A stretch of 64,000 nucleotides of DNA from Desulfuromonadales bacterium (GCA_051305855.1 JBPPMB010000044.1:4686-68685); one strand, 5' to 3'; shown: positions 16,246 to 26,450, counted from the stretch's first letter. Program-made: numbers and translations. Notes: a model not told the origin generated them from the sequence alone.

Positions 16246-16764
16246 TAACGGTGAGACTTGATCTGCAGCAGGGTCCGCGCTTCGAGTTGCTGATTGCGCA
16301 AGCGACCATCGCCATGTCCTGCCGGGAGATAACGCAAGAGGAATACCAATAAAAACAGTGCATAAAATTTTTGCGGGGATGTTCAGAAAATGAGGATTAA
16401 AACGACATGGGATGAGTGTGCATTCGCACAGATCGGCAGAAAGCTTTGCCGAAAAATGTCAGTGCTTGATTATGCAGCAGGTTACAGGCGGCCGCTTGAT
16501 GAAGCTCAATGATTCAAGTGGTTTGGAGCTCCATCAGGCCATGGATGTGATTTTATGCCCGGAAAAGGGATTTCCAGGATTTATGTGAAGGGTAAGGAAC
16601 AACTCATGTATTAGAATCTAATTGTGTTAACAGAATCAAGCGCTTCTGCGATGTTACCGCCATTACTTCAGCCATATGGCCAACCCGGTCAGCAATTATT
16701 GTCAACAGACCGGGACCGGCTGCTCAGGTCGCAGATATTGCAGTTACATGCTGAGCAGGATCAA

Positions 16765-17832
16765 TCAGAGCAGGTCAACCCACCCATGGGGATCAGGCAC
16801 CCGGCCGAACTGGATGCCGGTCAGGGTGTCGTAGAGCTTGCGCGTCACCTCACCCGTGGTTTTGCCGTCTCCCAGCACCGCTATGCGATCCTGGTAGGTA
16901 AACTGGCCAACCGGAGAGATGACAACCGCGGTGCCGGTGCCGAAGGCTTCGCTCAGGCGTCCGCTCCTGGCGCCGGCGAAAATTTCGTCGACCGACAGGG
17001 CACGCTGCTCGATTTCCACTCCCATGTCTTTGGCCAGGGCCAGAATCGAGCGGCGGGTGATACCATCGAGAATGGTGCCGGCCAGGGGGGACGTCATCAA
17101 TTTGCCGTCGTAGATAAAGCAGATATTCATGCTGCCGACTTCCTCGACGTACTTCTTGTCCTTAGCATCCAGCCAGAGCACCTGGTCGTAGCCATTGGCT
17201 GCAGCTTCCCTTGCGGCAAAGAGGCTGGCTGCGTAATTGCCGCCGGTCTTGACCTCGCCGGTTCCGCCATGGGCGGCCCGAACATAGTGATCGGAAATCC
17301 ATATTTTTACCGGCGCCAACCCACCTTTGTAATAGGCACCCACCGGACAGACGATAATATAACAGAGGTATTCGTCTGCCGGACGCACGCCCAGCATCGG
17401 TTCAGAAGCGATCATGGTCGGGCGGATGTAGAGACTGGTCCCTTCACTGCGCGGCACCCAATCCGCTTCGAGCCGGATCAACTCCTTCAGCGACCGCAGC
17501 ATGAAGGCTTCGTCGACCTCAGGCATGCACATGCGCCTTGCACTGTGGTTGAAACGGCGGAAGTTATCCATCGGCCGGAAAAGGGCAATGCGACCATCGG
17601 GACGGCGGAAGGCCTTGAGACCCTCGAAAATCTCCTGAGCATAGTGCAACACCATTGCGGCTGGATCGAGGGAGAAGGGCTGGTAAGGCTGGACACGAGC
17701 ATCATGCCAGCCCTGTCCGGTCTTATAGTTCATGACGAACATGCGATCGGTGAACTGCTTGCCGAAGGTCAATTTGGTCTCGTCATCGATGCGAGGCTTG
17801 AGTTTTTCCAGGGGTAGAATTTGCAGGTCCAT
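16765..17832 (-). CDS. ilvE: Branched-chain amino acid aminotransferase (class IV)
   Basis: 355 aa. EGLKAFR, GTGEVKTGGNYAASL and LDGITRRSIL motifs. Confidence 0.9.
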   Translation of the reverse strand: MDLQILPLEKLKPRIDDETKLTFGKQFTDRMFVMNYKTGQGWHDARVQPYQPFSLDPAAMVLHYAQEIFEGLKAFRRPDGRIALFRPMDNFRRFNHSARRMCMPEVDEAFMLRSLKELIRLEADWVPRSEGTSLYIRPTMIASEPMLGVRPADEYLCYIIVCPVGAYYKGGLAPVKIWISDHYVRAAHGGTGEVKTGGNYAASLFAAREAAANGYDQVLWLDAKDKKYVEEVGSMNICFIYDGKLMTSPLAGTILDGITRRSILALAKDMGVEIEQRALSVDEIFAGARSGRLSEAFGTGTAVVISPVGQFTYQDRIAVLGDGKTTGEVTRKLYDTLTGIQFGRVPDPHGWVDLL

Positions 17833-17953
17833 GCGTTTGACGCCCTCCCTAAAACACCGCTATTTCCAAGACTTCAGTCTTGAATTTATTAGCACAAGGA
17901 AGAGCGATTAGGCAAGCCCTAAGCTGTCAGGGCAGGTAAAGCCAAGGGAAGAG

Positions 17954-18133
17954 TCAGGCCTTTGGATCCGTATTGCCATGTGAACCGAAGCGGGCATCGC
18001 CGTAGAGCAGATTACGCTGATTCTCAGAGGCCTCCTCAGCCCGGAAGCGGTCAAGGAAACGGTGATATTCAGCCAGGTCAGCCAGGTCTTTCATATCGAC
18101 GGATGAATTCTTAACGCGCCAGAGATCTTCCAT
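17954..18133 (-). CDS. Hypothetical small protein (59 aa)
   Basis: AAAGGAGG ribosome-binding site 4 nt upstream of the ATG at 18133. The longer ORF-track start at 18202 lacks a ribosome-binding site. No motif recognised. Confidence 0.35.
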   Translation of the reverse strand: MEDLWRVKNSSVDMKDLADLAEYHRFLDRFRAEEASENQRNLLYGDARFGSHGNTDPKA

Positions 18134-18343
18134 GGAGCCTCCTTTTCCCGGCAAACCCGTTTGCCAGCAAGAAAAGCATACCCCCTTCGACATATTAATC
18201 AAGGTATTTTTTACACTATATAGTAAAACACGGTCTCACTCTGGCTTGCTCCTGTCTTCCCGTTTAGCTTCTTATTCCTTGAAAATACGAGCTATTTACT
18301 GTTTTATTGAAAATGACAAGTCCCTACACTCCAGAGGAAAAAA

Positions 18344-18652
18344 ATGACCTATCGTAAATTCAAACAGGCAATCGAGGTGTTCGGCCTTGGAGAACGGGCG
18401 ACTTTGGCCCAGATCAAGGCTCGCCACCGGCAGCTTGTGAAGACCCATCACCCCGACCAGGGGAAGGATACCGACCCGGAAGCTATTCGAAGAGTCAATT
18501 GCGCCTATGAGGCCCTGACCGCCTATTGCGAGAATTACCGGTATTCTTTTGCTGAGGAAGAATTTCTTGAGCAGGTTCCTGAGGAGCGGTTACGCCGCCA
18601 GTTTGGTTGGGATCCGGCCTGGGGAGGTCAGGGAGAAGCCGAAGAAGACTGA
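18344..18652 (+). CDS. J-domain (DnaJ-like) protein
   Basis: 102 aa. KARHRQLVKTHHPDQG contains the HPD tripeptide of J domains. Confidence 0.75.
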   Translation: MTYRKFKQAIEVFGLGERATLAQIKARHRQLVKTHHPDQGKDTDPEAIRRVNCAYEALTAYCENYRYSFAEEEFLEQVPEERLRRQFGWDPAWGGQGEAEED

Positions 18653-19284
18653 TTCAAAGGGCCATCCACCAGCTCGAAAATTTCATTCTGGTCATTGAAG
18701 TTAAAAATTTCCCCCGTTTCAATAATGTAATACCAGCCATAAATATTCAGTCTCCCCTGCTCATAACGTTCTCGTACGTAGGGGTAAGTAAGCAGGTTAC
18801 GCATCTGCACGAGGATGTTGATCTGCTCAGTCAGCCATTCACGCTTCTCCGGACACTCGATATCCATCTGCCGATCGACCCGGCCCCGCACCTCGCGTGA
18901 AATCTCAAGCCAGCGCCGCACATTCGGCAGATGAGCCAACTCCTCGGGCGACTGGTTCATGGCCGCGCATCCGCCGCAGTTGGAGTGCCCGCAGACGACG
19001 ATGTTTTCTACATCAAGCGACAGTACCGCGTACTCAATGGATGATGTGGTTCCGGCATACTCTTGCGTCTGTCGATAAGGCGGCACGATATTGGCGATGT
19101 TGCGGACAGTGAAAAGCTCACCGGGCATGGTCCGGGTAATCAGGTCCGGGACCACCCTTGAGTCAGCACAGCCGATAAACAGGGTATGCGGCTTCTGTTT
19201 TCGGCTCAAAGACTCGAAAAGTTCCTTGTGCGCCTCGAAATCATCCTGACGAAACCTGGCGACACCTTTAAATAGTTTCTCCAT
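18628..19284 (-). CDS. can: Beta-class carbonic anhydrase
   Basis: CADSRV and GHSNCGG zinc-ligand motifs. 218 aa. Confidence 0.9.
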   Translation of the reverse strand: MEKLFKGVARFRQDDFEAHKELFESLSRKQKPHTLFIGCADSRVVPDLITRTMPGELFTVRNIANIVPPYRQTQEYAGTTSSIEYAVLSLDVENIVVCGHSNCGGCAAMNQSPEELAHLPNVRRWLEISREVRGRVDRQMDIECPEKREWLTEQINILVQMRNLLTYPYVRERYEQGRLNIYGWYYIIETGEIFNFNDQNEIFELVDGPLNQSSSASP

Positions 19285-19538
19285 GAATCCTCACCAAAAC
19301 GGGGAAAAGGCCACCTTTCAAGTCATGCCGTCGCAGATGCTCTCATAACCTAGCACAAGATCAATATCAGACAAAAGCTTCTAAACAGGAGATTTCGACC
19401 AATCTATCCGAAAAAGTCCAGGTTTCCTGCAGAATCCTTGTTTACACTGAAAAGAACGTGCTATTTCTTATGTTTTCATGTTGCGACAAGCAGAAGCCGC
19501 TGTTGCCCTTACAAAACTGAGACTGACATTGTCAGCAT

Positions 19539-22070
19539 TTGAATATCATGACGAGTAAATCATCCTTGTATGAACTGAATCGCCCGGCTCGCTACCTGGG
19601 TGGCGAACGCGGCAGTGTCTGCAAAGACTGGGACCAGGTCGACGTGACTTTCGCCCTGGCCTTCCCGGATGTCTACGAAGTCGGCATGAGCCATATCGGT
19701 TCGGCCATCCTCTACCGGGTTCTCAACGATACGCCGTGGATTGCCGCTGAACGGACCTATACGCCCTGGCCGGATAGGGAGGCACAACTGCGCAGTGACG
19801 GCACGCCGCTTTCCTCCTTGGAAAGTGGCCGGAATCTGGCCGACTTCGACATTATCGGCTTCTCCCTGCAGTACGAACTCTGCTACACAAATATCCTGAT
19901 GATGCTTGACCTGTCCGGCCTGCCGATGCGGGCCAGCGAACGCGGCGGGCAGGCACCATTGATCGTCGTGGGCGGACCCTGTGCCTTTAATCCGGAACCG
20001 CTTGCCGACTTTTTTGACTGTGCCGTCATCGGCGATGGTGAAGAGGTCATCATTGAACTCTGCACCGCCGTCCGGGACAGCAAGGTTTCAGGAGAGAGCC
20101 GGGCGAGTCTGCTGAAGCGGCTGGCGGCGATCGAAGGGATTTATGTCCCGTCCCATTTTACCATCACGTATCAGCAGGACGGCCGGATTGCGGAGATCAC
20201 AGCGAAAGATCCGCAGCAGCCGAAAGTGCGACGTCGGGTTCTGGCCGATCTCGACTCAGCCACCTACCCGGAACAGCCGATCGTACCTTTTCTGCAAACC
20301 ATCCACGACCGGGTTGCCATCGAAGTGGCGCGGGGCTGCACCCGCGGCTGCCGCTTCTGCCAGGCCGGTTACATTTATCGGCCGGTGCGCGAACGCCAGC
20401 CTGACACCGTCCGTAGGCTGATTGATCAGCTGTTGCGTCACTCCGGTCACGACGAAGTATCCCTGCTCTCCCTCTCGACCGGTGACTACAGCGCCATTGA
20501 GACCCTGATGCAGAACCTCATGGGCTGTTACGCTGACCAGCGGGTCGCCATCTCGCTGCCAAGCCTGCGGGTCGGCTCCCTGACACCGGCGCTGATGAAC
20601 GAAATCAGGAAGGTTCGCAAAACCGGTTTCACTCTTGCTCCCGAAGCGGGCAGCGAGCGACTTCGCCAGGTGATCAACAAGGGGATTCTCGAAGAAGACC
20701 TGGTGGAAAGCGCACGTACTGCTTTTGAGCTTGGCTGGCGCGTCATCAAACTCTATTTCATGATCGGCCTGCCGACCGAGACCGAGGAAGATCTCGCCGC
20801 ACTGGTCGACCTTTCCGCCCGGGTTAAAGCCGCCGGACGCCGCACGCAGGGGGGAGCCGACGTCAATGTGTCGGTCTCGACCTTTGTCCCCAAAGCCCAT
20901 ACCCCCTTTCAATGGGACGCCCAGATCGGTATCGAGGAGACCCGCGACCGCCAGAGAAGCTTGCGAGACGCCCTCAAGAAGAAGCGACTGCGACTCAAAT
21001 GGCACGAGGCGGAGCTTTCCTTTCTCGAAGGTGTTTTTGCCCGTGGCGACCGACGCCTGGGAGAGGTTCTCGAAGAGGCCGTCAAACGCGGCTGCCGCTT
21101 CGATGGCTGGCGCGAGCATTTCCGCTGGGATTTATGGCAGGAGGCGTTTACCGTTGTCGGGCTTGACCCGACCTGGTACCTGCGTCAGCGACTGCCGGAA
21201 GAAAACTTGCCCTGGGACCATATCGACGCCGGGGTCACAAAAGAGTTCCTGCTGCGCGAACGCCAGGCCGGCATGCTCGGTGAGGCTACCCCTGATTGCC
21301 GGGACGGTCAGTGCAGCAACTGCGGCCTTTGCGATTTCGACACTGTGCGGCCACGGCTGGCCGACAGTCACCGGCTGGAAGCACCGGTTGCCGGGCAAGA
21401 GGCAGTGTTTCCGGAACCATTATTGCTCCCGAAACTGCGCCTGACTCTGACCAAAACCGGCCGAACCGCCAGCCTCAGCCACCTGGAGTATATGACCCTG
21501 ATCCACCGGGCGGTGCGCCGGGCCGGCTTGCCGGTCAAATACTCAGCGGGCTTTCATCCTGCACCACGTATCAGTTTCGGCGACGCCCTGCCCCTTGGTG
21601 TTGCAAGTGAAGCGGAGCTCATCGACCTGGAATTGTCGGGCCCCTGCCAACCTCAGGAAGCCATGCAGCGACTCAACCAGGAGCTGCCGGGAGGGGTTCG
21701 CGTCCTGAAGGCCGAGAACTGGCCGCGCAAGAGTGAAGCGCCGGCGAACAGCATCCTTGCCGCGACCTATAAAGTCCCTTTGCCTGAAGATACGGATGAC
21801 GGACTCAAGGAGCGGCTTGATGATTTCCTTGGTCAGGACGCGGTCATTGCCACCCGGACAAAAAAGAACCTTGCCAGCGAACTTGACCTGCGGCCGTGGG
21901 TGCTTGACCTGAAACGAGAAGGCAGCATCCTCTGGATGAAAATGCATTCCGGCAGCCCTCTCTTTCTGGCGGCCTACCTGCTGGGGAAAGATGTTGAGCT
22001 CGTCCGGGCTCTGGGGATTCACAAAACCGCCATCGATTTGAAGGATGCCGGGACAGGGTCAGTTGAATAG
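19539..22070 (+). CDS. Large uncharacterised radical SAM protein (B12-binding-like N-domain, radical SAM core and DUF2344-like C-domain fused)
   Basis: CTRGCRFCQAG (CxxxCxxC) cluster motif. 843 aa. Positioned directly upstream of RNase G. TTG start in the ORF track; an ATG lies 9 nt downstream. Confidence 0.85.
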   Translation: MNIMTSKSSLYELNRPARYLGGERGSVCKDWDQVDVTFALAFPDVYEVGMSHIGSAILYRVLNDTPWIAAERTYTPWPDREAQLRSDGTPLSSLESGRNLADFDIIGFSLQYELCYTNILMMLDLSGLPMRASERGGQAPLIVVGGPCAFNPEPLADFFDCAVIGDGEEVIIELCTAVRDSKVSGESRASLLKRLAAIEGIYVPSHFTITYQQDGRIAEITAKDPQQPKVRRRVLADLDSATYPEQPIVPFLQTIHDRVAIEVARGCTRGCRFCQAGYIYRPVRERQPDTVRRLIDQLLRHSGHDEVSLLSLSTGDYSAIETLMQNLMGCYADQRVAISLPSLRVGSLTPALMNEIRKVRKTGFTLAPEAGSERLRQVINKGILEEDLVESARTAFELGWRVIKLYFMIGLPTETEEDLAALVDLSARVKAAGRRTQGGADVNVSVSTFVPKAHTPFQWDAQIGIEETRDRQRSLRDALKKKRLRLKWHEAELSFLEGVFARGDRRLGEVLEEAVKRGCRFDGWREHFRWDLWQEAFTVVGLDPTWYLRQRLPEENLPWDHIDAGVTKEFLLRERQAGMLGEATPDCRDGQCSNCGLCDFDTVRPRLADSHRLEAPVAGQEAVFPEPLLLPKLRLTLTKTGRTASLSHLEYMTLIHRAVRRAGLPVKYSAGFHPAPRISFGDALPLGVASEAELIDLELSGPCQPQEAMQRLNQELPGGVRVLKAENWPRKSEAPANSILAATYKVPLPEDTDDGLKERLDDFLGQDAVIATRTKKNLASELDLRPWVLDLKREGSILWMKMHSGSPLFLAAYLLGKDVELVRALGIHKTAIDLKDAGTGSVE

Positions 22071-22222
22071 AAAGATTGCATTGTTGACGCGAGCAAAGAC
22101 AAATGAGAAGGCAGCCCCCCCCGCTTCCGGATCTCGATTCTGTCGCGCTTGCAGTCACTGCGATCAATGGCGAATTTGACGCTTTAGCACATATAACTTT
22201 TGACACTGAAGGAGGACATGCC

Positions 22223-23734
22223 ATGGCCAAAGAACTGGTCATCAACACCACCTCGCACGAGACGCGCATTGCGCTCCTGGAGAGCGGCCACATTGCCGAG
22301 CTCTACATCGAGCGCAACCGCGAGCTTGGCATCGTCGGCAACATCTACTGTGGCCGGGTCATCAGGGTGCTGCCCGGCATGCAGGCGGCGTTCGTCGATA
22401 TCGGCCTGGAAAAAGCTGCTTTCCTCTACGTCGCCGACGTCCTCGACGAGATGGAAGCCGTCGAACACTTCGTTGAAGTCGGCCACCGTCACGAGCAGTC
22501 CAGCGAGGAGAACAGCGAAGAGCGTCCGCCCCTGCCGCCGATCGAGGAACTGCTCCAGGAAGGTCAGGAGATCCTGGTCCAGGTTGCCAAGGAGCCGATC
22601 GGCACCAAGGGCGCACGCATCACCTCACACATCTCGCTGCCCGGCCGCAACCTGGTGTACATGCCAACCGTCGATCACGTCGGTATCTCCCGCCGCATTG
22701 AGAATGAAGAAGAGCGCGAGCGCCTGCGCCACCTGATAGACGTCATGCGTCCGGCCGGGACCGGCTTCATTGTCCGCACTGTCGCTGAAAGCCGCGGCGG
22801 CGAAGAGCTCAAGGCAGACATGGACTATCTGGTCAATCTCTGGGAGCATATCAGCGAACACCGCGAGGACAAAGGAGCCCCCCGTCTGATCCATTCTGAC
22901 CTTGATGTCACCAGCAAAGTCCTGCGCGACATCCTCACTGAGGACGTCTCGCGGATCATCGTTGACAGCCCTGTCGAACGAAGCAAAATCATCCATTTTC
23001 TTGATACCTTTATGCCCGGTCACAACTTCCAGGTCGAACAATACACCGGCAGCGAACCGATTTTCGACACCTTCGGCCTCGAGGTGGAAATCGCCCGTGC
23101 CCTGGGCCGCAAGGTCTGGCTGAAGAGCGGTGGCTACATCATTATTGAGCAAACCGAAGCGCTGACGGCCGTTGATGTCAACACCGGCCGCTTTGTCGGC
23201 AAGCACAATCTGGAAGACACCATTCTCAAAACCAACCTGGAGGCCGTCAAGGAGACCGCATTCCAGCTGCGCCTGCGCAACATAGGCGGACTGATCATTA
23301 TCGACTTCATCGACATGGAAAAAGAGGCTCATCGCGAGATGGTGCATGGCTCACTCGAGGAGGCCCTCAAAAACGACAAATCAAAGACCAACATTCTCAA
23401 GATCTCGGAACTTGGACTCGTTGAGATGACCCGCAAGCGAGTCCGCGAGAGCATCGGCAGGACTCTGTGCGAAGCCTGTCCCTACTGCGACGGCAAAGGC
23501 TATGTGAAAAGCCGCACGACCACTGCATACGAAATTTTCCTCGAACTTCAACGCGAGATGGGACCCGCACCGGGCTATCGCATGACGCTGCTGGTTCATC
23601 CGGACATTGCCTCTCTGCTCTATGACGACGAGCGTCACGGCATCGAAGAGCTGGAGAAGAAATTCGAAAAGCAGATTACGATTTCGGCACGGCAGAATTT
23701 TCATCTCGAACAGTTCGAGATCGTTGTTGGCTGA
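22223..23734 (+). CDS. rng: Ribonuclease G (RNase E/G family catalytic domain)
   Basis: MAKELVINTTSHETRIALLE..., S1-like GNIYCGRV, TEALTAVDVNTG and IIDFIDM motifs. I prefer the start at 22223 (GAAGGAGGA ribosome-binding site) over 22103. Confidence 0.9.
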   Translation: MAKELVINTTSHETRIALLESGHIAELYIERNRELGIVGNIYCGRVIRVLPGMQAAFVDIGLEKAAFLYVADVLDEMEAVEHFVEVGHRHEQSSEENSEERPPLPPIEELLQEGQEILVQVAKEPIGTKGARITSHISLPGRNLVYMPTVDHVGISRRIENEEERERLRHLIDVMRPAGTGFIVRTVAESRGGEELKADMDYLVNLWEHISEHREDKGAPRLIHSDLDVTSKVLRDILTEDVSRIIVDSPVERSKIIHFLDTFMPGHNFQVEQYTGSEPIFDTFGLEVEIARALGRKVWLKSGGYIIIEQTEALTAVDVNTGRFVGKHNLEDTILKTNLEAVKETAFQLRLRNIGGLIIIDFIDMEKEAHREMVHGSLEEALKNDKSKTNILKISELGLVEMTRKRVRESIGRTLCEACPYCDGKGYVKSRTTTAYEIFLELQREMGPAPGYRMTLLVHPDIASLLYDDERHGIEELEKKFEKQITISARQNFHLEQFEIVVG

Positions 23735-23779
23735 ACCTTCTCCGATTGCTTGCAGAAACAGAAGAGACCGAAGCAACCC

Positions 23780-23808
23780 GGGCCCTGGAGCGACACTCTC
23801 CAGGGCCC
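23780..23808. terminator. Hairpin between convergent genes (possible bidirectional terminator)
   Basis: Perfect 11-bp stem GGGCCCTGGAG / CTCCAGGGCCC with a 7-nt loop. No strong U-run on either strand. Confidence 0.4.
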
Positions 23809-23820
23809 GCAGCTTGTTCG

Positions 23821-25479
23821 TCAACGTGCCGCAACCACCTCTTCGCAGAGGCCAAGTCGGGCCTGGGCAATTTCACGCAATTTGTACTTTTGCACCTTGC
23901 CGCTGGCAGTAAGCGGAAAGGTGTCGACAAAAAACACATAACGGGGCTTCTTGTAGGCAGCAATACGGCTGCGGGCGTAATCCTGCACGTCTTCCTCGGT
24001 CAGATCCGCGCCCTCCTTGCGGATGATAAAAGCTCCGACCACCTCACCATATTTACGGTCGGGGATGCCGACCACCTGTGCATCGAGCACGCTCTCCAGA
24101 GTGAAGAGGAACTCCTCGATTTCGCGCGGGTAAATATTCTCTCCTCCCCGAATGATCATGTCTTTGATCCGGCCGGTGATCCGATAGTAGCCATTTTCGT
24201 CGTACTCAGCCTGATCACCGGAAAGCAGCCATCCCTCCGCATCAATAGCTGCGGCAGTCTGCTCCGGCATGTTGTAATAGCCCTTCATGACATTGTAACC
24301 GCGGCAACAGAGCTCGCCCTTTTGTCCGGGGCCGCACGTTTCTCCGGTCTCCGGGTCAACCACCTTCACTTCGATCTGAGGCAGGGTCGCCCCCACCGAG
24401 CCAACCCGGTAATCGAGACTGTCATCCGTACGGGTCTGGGTGATCACGGGAGAGGCCTCGGTCAGGCCGTAGGCGATGGTGATCTCACTGCAGTGCATTC
24501 TTTCCATGACTTGCTTCATGGTTTCTTCCGGGCAGGGGGACCCTGCCATAATGCCCGTGCGCAGTGATGAGAGATCAAAGAGATTAAACATGGGGTGATC
24601 AAGCTCAGCAATAAACATGGTCGGCACGCCGTAAACGGCCGTGCACTTCTCTTTCTGAATGGCCGCGAGCACCATCAGCGGATCGAATATCTCCAGGGGT
24701 ACCAAGGTGGTGCCGTGACAGAGCGCTGCCATAACACCGAGGACGCAGCCGAAGCAATGGAACAGCGGGACCGGTAAGCACAGCCGGTCTTTAGTGCTGA
24801 ACTGCTGACGTTCGCCGATAAAATACCCGTTGTTGAGAATATTGTAATGACTCAGCATGACGCCCTTGGGAAAGCCGGTCGTCCCTGAGGTGTACTGCAT
24901 ATTTATGACATCATGCGCTGTCAAGGTTGCTTTCACGGCATCGAGATGCCGATTGTCCGCCTGGCTGCCCAGCACCAGCAGTTCGCGGGTGTTGTACATG
25001 CCGCGGTGTTTCTCCTGGCCGATATAAATGACGCTCTGCAGCTTCGGGAACCGATCGCTCTGCAGGTGGCCACGCTGGCAACTGCGTAGCTCCGGGATCA
25101 GGCCATAGACCGTTTCCAGGTAATCGTGATCACGGAAGCTGTCGATAATCACCAGGGCTTTCATATCAGCCTGGCGCAGCACGTATTCCATCTCAAAGCT
25201 GCGGTAGAGGGTGTTGATGGTCACGAGCACTGCACCGATCCGGGCGGTCGCAAACATGAAGGTCAGCCAGTCAGGGACATTCCGCGCCCAGATGCCGACA
25301 TGGTCTCCCTTGCCGAGGCCGATGGCAAGCAACCCCTTGGCCAGGCAGTCGACCCTGGCATTGAACTCGGTAAAGTTCCAGCGCAGATCACGGTCCGGGT
25401 AAACGATAAAGTCATGGTCCGGAAGAGTCCGTGCCTGCTTTTCCAGGTATTCGCCTAGAGTCAGTTCCGTATAGGGCAT
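23821..25479 (-). CDS. AMP-dependent acyl-CoA synthetase/ligase
   Basis: 552 aa. [15 protein letters not shown]-binding motif, GYGLTE, and SGDxA...DGYxxIxGRxKD. Confidence 0.9.
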   Translation of the reverse strand: MPYTELTLGEYLEKQARTLPDHDFIVYPDRDLRWNFTEFNARVDCLAKGLLAIGLGKGDHVGIWARNVPDWLTFMFATARIGAVLVTINTLYRSFEMEYVLRQADMKALVIIDSFRDHDYLETVYGLIPELRSCQRGHLQSDRFPKLQSVIYIGQEKHRGMYNTRELLVLGSQADNRHLDAVKATLTAHDVINMQYTSGTTGFPKGVMLSHYNILNNGYFIGERQQFSTKDRLCLPVPLFHCFGCVLGVMAALCHGTTLVPLEIFDPLMVLAAIQKEKCTAVYGVPTMFIAELDHPMFNLFDLSSLRTGIMAGSPCPEETMKQVMERMHCSEITIAYGLTEASPVITQTRTDDSLDYRVGSVGATLPQIEVKVVDPETGETCGPGQKGELCCRGYNVMKGYYNMPEQTAAAIDAEGWLLSGDQAEYDENGYYRITGRIKDMIIRGGENIYPREIEEFLFTLESVLDAQVVGIPDRKYGEVVGAFIIRKEGADLTEEDVQDYARSRIAAYKKPRYVFFVDTFPLTASGKVQKYKLREIAQARLGLCEEVVAAR

Positions 25480-25500
25480 CGCTGCTTCCTCCGTGGACTA

Positions 25501-25663
25501 GCAACCTGTCGGACGATCCATGAGCCGGCTTCAAATCCGGATGTTTGGCCCATATTTCAGCTCCTTCTTGCTCCATAGCTACGGTTATGAACCTGCAAAC
25601 AAGCTATAATCTGTTCTCAAACATCCAAATTTTCGCTTCGGCCCGTATAGTCCGACAGGCTGC
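25501..25663 (-). repeat. Palindromic MITE-like element, copy A (inverted relative to copy B, central hairpin degraded)
   Basis: Terminal inverted repeats GCAACCTGTCGGACGAT / ATAGTCCGACAGGCTGC. The interior aligns with the reverse complement of 43078-43239. Its right end supplies the stop codon of the XRE-cupin gene. It contains AGGAG plus a mini-ORF (25553 down to 25461) reading into the acyl-CoA synthetase start. Confidence 0.7.
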
Positions 25664-26238
25664 TAGAAGGGGGCATAGACCACAGCCAGGATACGGGCAA
25701 CTCCGGCGTTGGCAGATACATTGTGAGGAACAATCGAATCATAATAGAGGCTGTCTCCGGACTCGAGCTGGTATGCCATTTCACCGTAGTTGACCCTGAT
25801 GCTGCCGGAAAGGACATATATGAACTCCTCCCCTTCATGTGATGAAACTGATGGCGCCTCTTCACCACAGGGCTGAACGTCGATCAGAAAAGGCTCCATG
25901 TGCCGATCCTGCTTGCCGGCAGCCATGGAACTGAACACCAGGTTGCTGCTGGTTGCGTTGGGATCGTTGCCGGAGAAGCGGATCACGTTCAAAGACTCGC
26001 CGGCTTTGACCAGAATCGGCCCGTCGTGCGGCTCGTCGTCCAGCAAGGTGCCGAGACGCAGGCCAAGGGCACGGGCAATACCCATCAGCGGCGCCAGGGA
26101 AGGGACCAGTTCTCCGGCCTCGATCCGCAAAAGAAGATCGACATGACACTGACTCTGTTCCGCCAGTTGCGCAATGGTCATTCCCCTCATTTCCCTCAAT
26201 TGGCGGACCCTGGCTCCGAGCTTGTTGGTAACAGGCAT
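25663..26238 (-). CDS. XRE-family HTH plus cupin-domain transcriptional regulator
   Basis: N-terminal LGARVRQLREMRGMTIAQLAEQS HTH. C-terminal cupin (GEEFIYVLSG ... GDSLYYDSIVPHN). Confidence 0.85.
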   Translation of the reverse strand: MPVTNKLGARVRQLREMRGMTIAQLAEQSQCHVDLLLRIEAGELVPSLAPLMGIARALGLRLGTLLDDEPHDGPILVKAGESLNVIRFSGNDPNATSSNLVFSSMAAGKQDRHMEPFLIDVQPCGEEAPSVSSHEGEEFIYVLSGSIRVNYGEMAYQLESGDSLYYDSIVPHNVSANAGVARILAVVYAPF

Positions 26239-26450
26239 AATGCAAAAACTCCTTCTCTACAAGAATCAGTACCGGGAATTTGCTGAGTCGGCAGATAATT
26301 TTACGGCGGAAGATTATCACAAGACGTTGCGCTCGAAAAGCCCGGAAGTCCAAATATCACTGACGGCAACAAAAGCCCTCGGCAAACCAGGGACAAACGT
26401 TCAGAACTGTCTGTTCCGCAACGATTCTTTCGCAGGATATTGATTTTTTC

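Noticed and set aside
16390-16512. 40-codon plus-strand ORF (MRIKTTWDEC...) in the ORF-free region
   Set aside because: No ribosome-binding site, no motif, and it lies inside the probable leader/promoter region of the minus-strand cytochrome gene.
16624-17817. 397-aa plus-strand ORF
   Set aside because: It is fully antisense to the well-supported ilvE gene, low-complexity and Arg/Gly/Ala-rich. This is a typical shadow ORF in G+C-rich DNA.
17868-17885. Palindrome CAAGACT-TC-AGTCTTG upstream of ilvE as an operator
   Set aside because: It is a single short palindrome with no second site and no known matching regulator motif. It could easily be chance.
25521-25540. GGCTTCAAATCCGG resembling a tRNA T-arm
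   Set aside because: No acceptor, D or anticodon arms can be drawn. The string is part of the palindromic repeat element.
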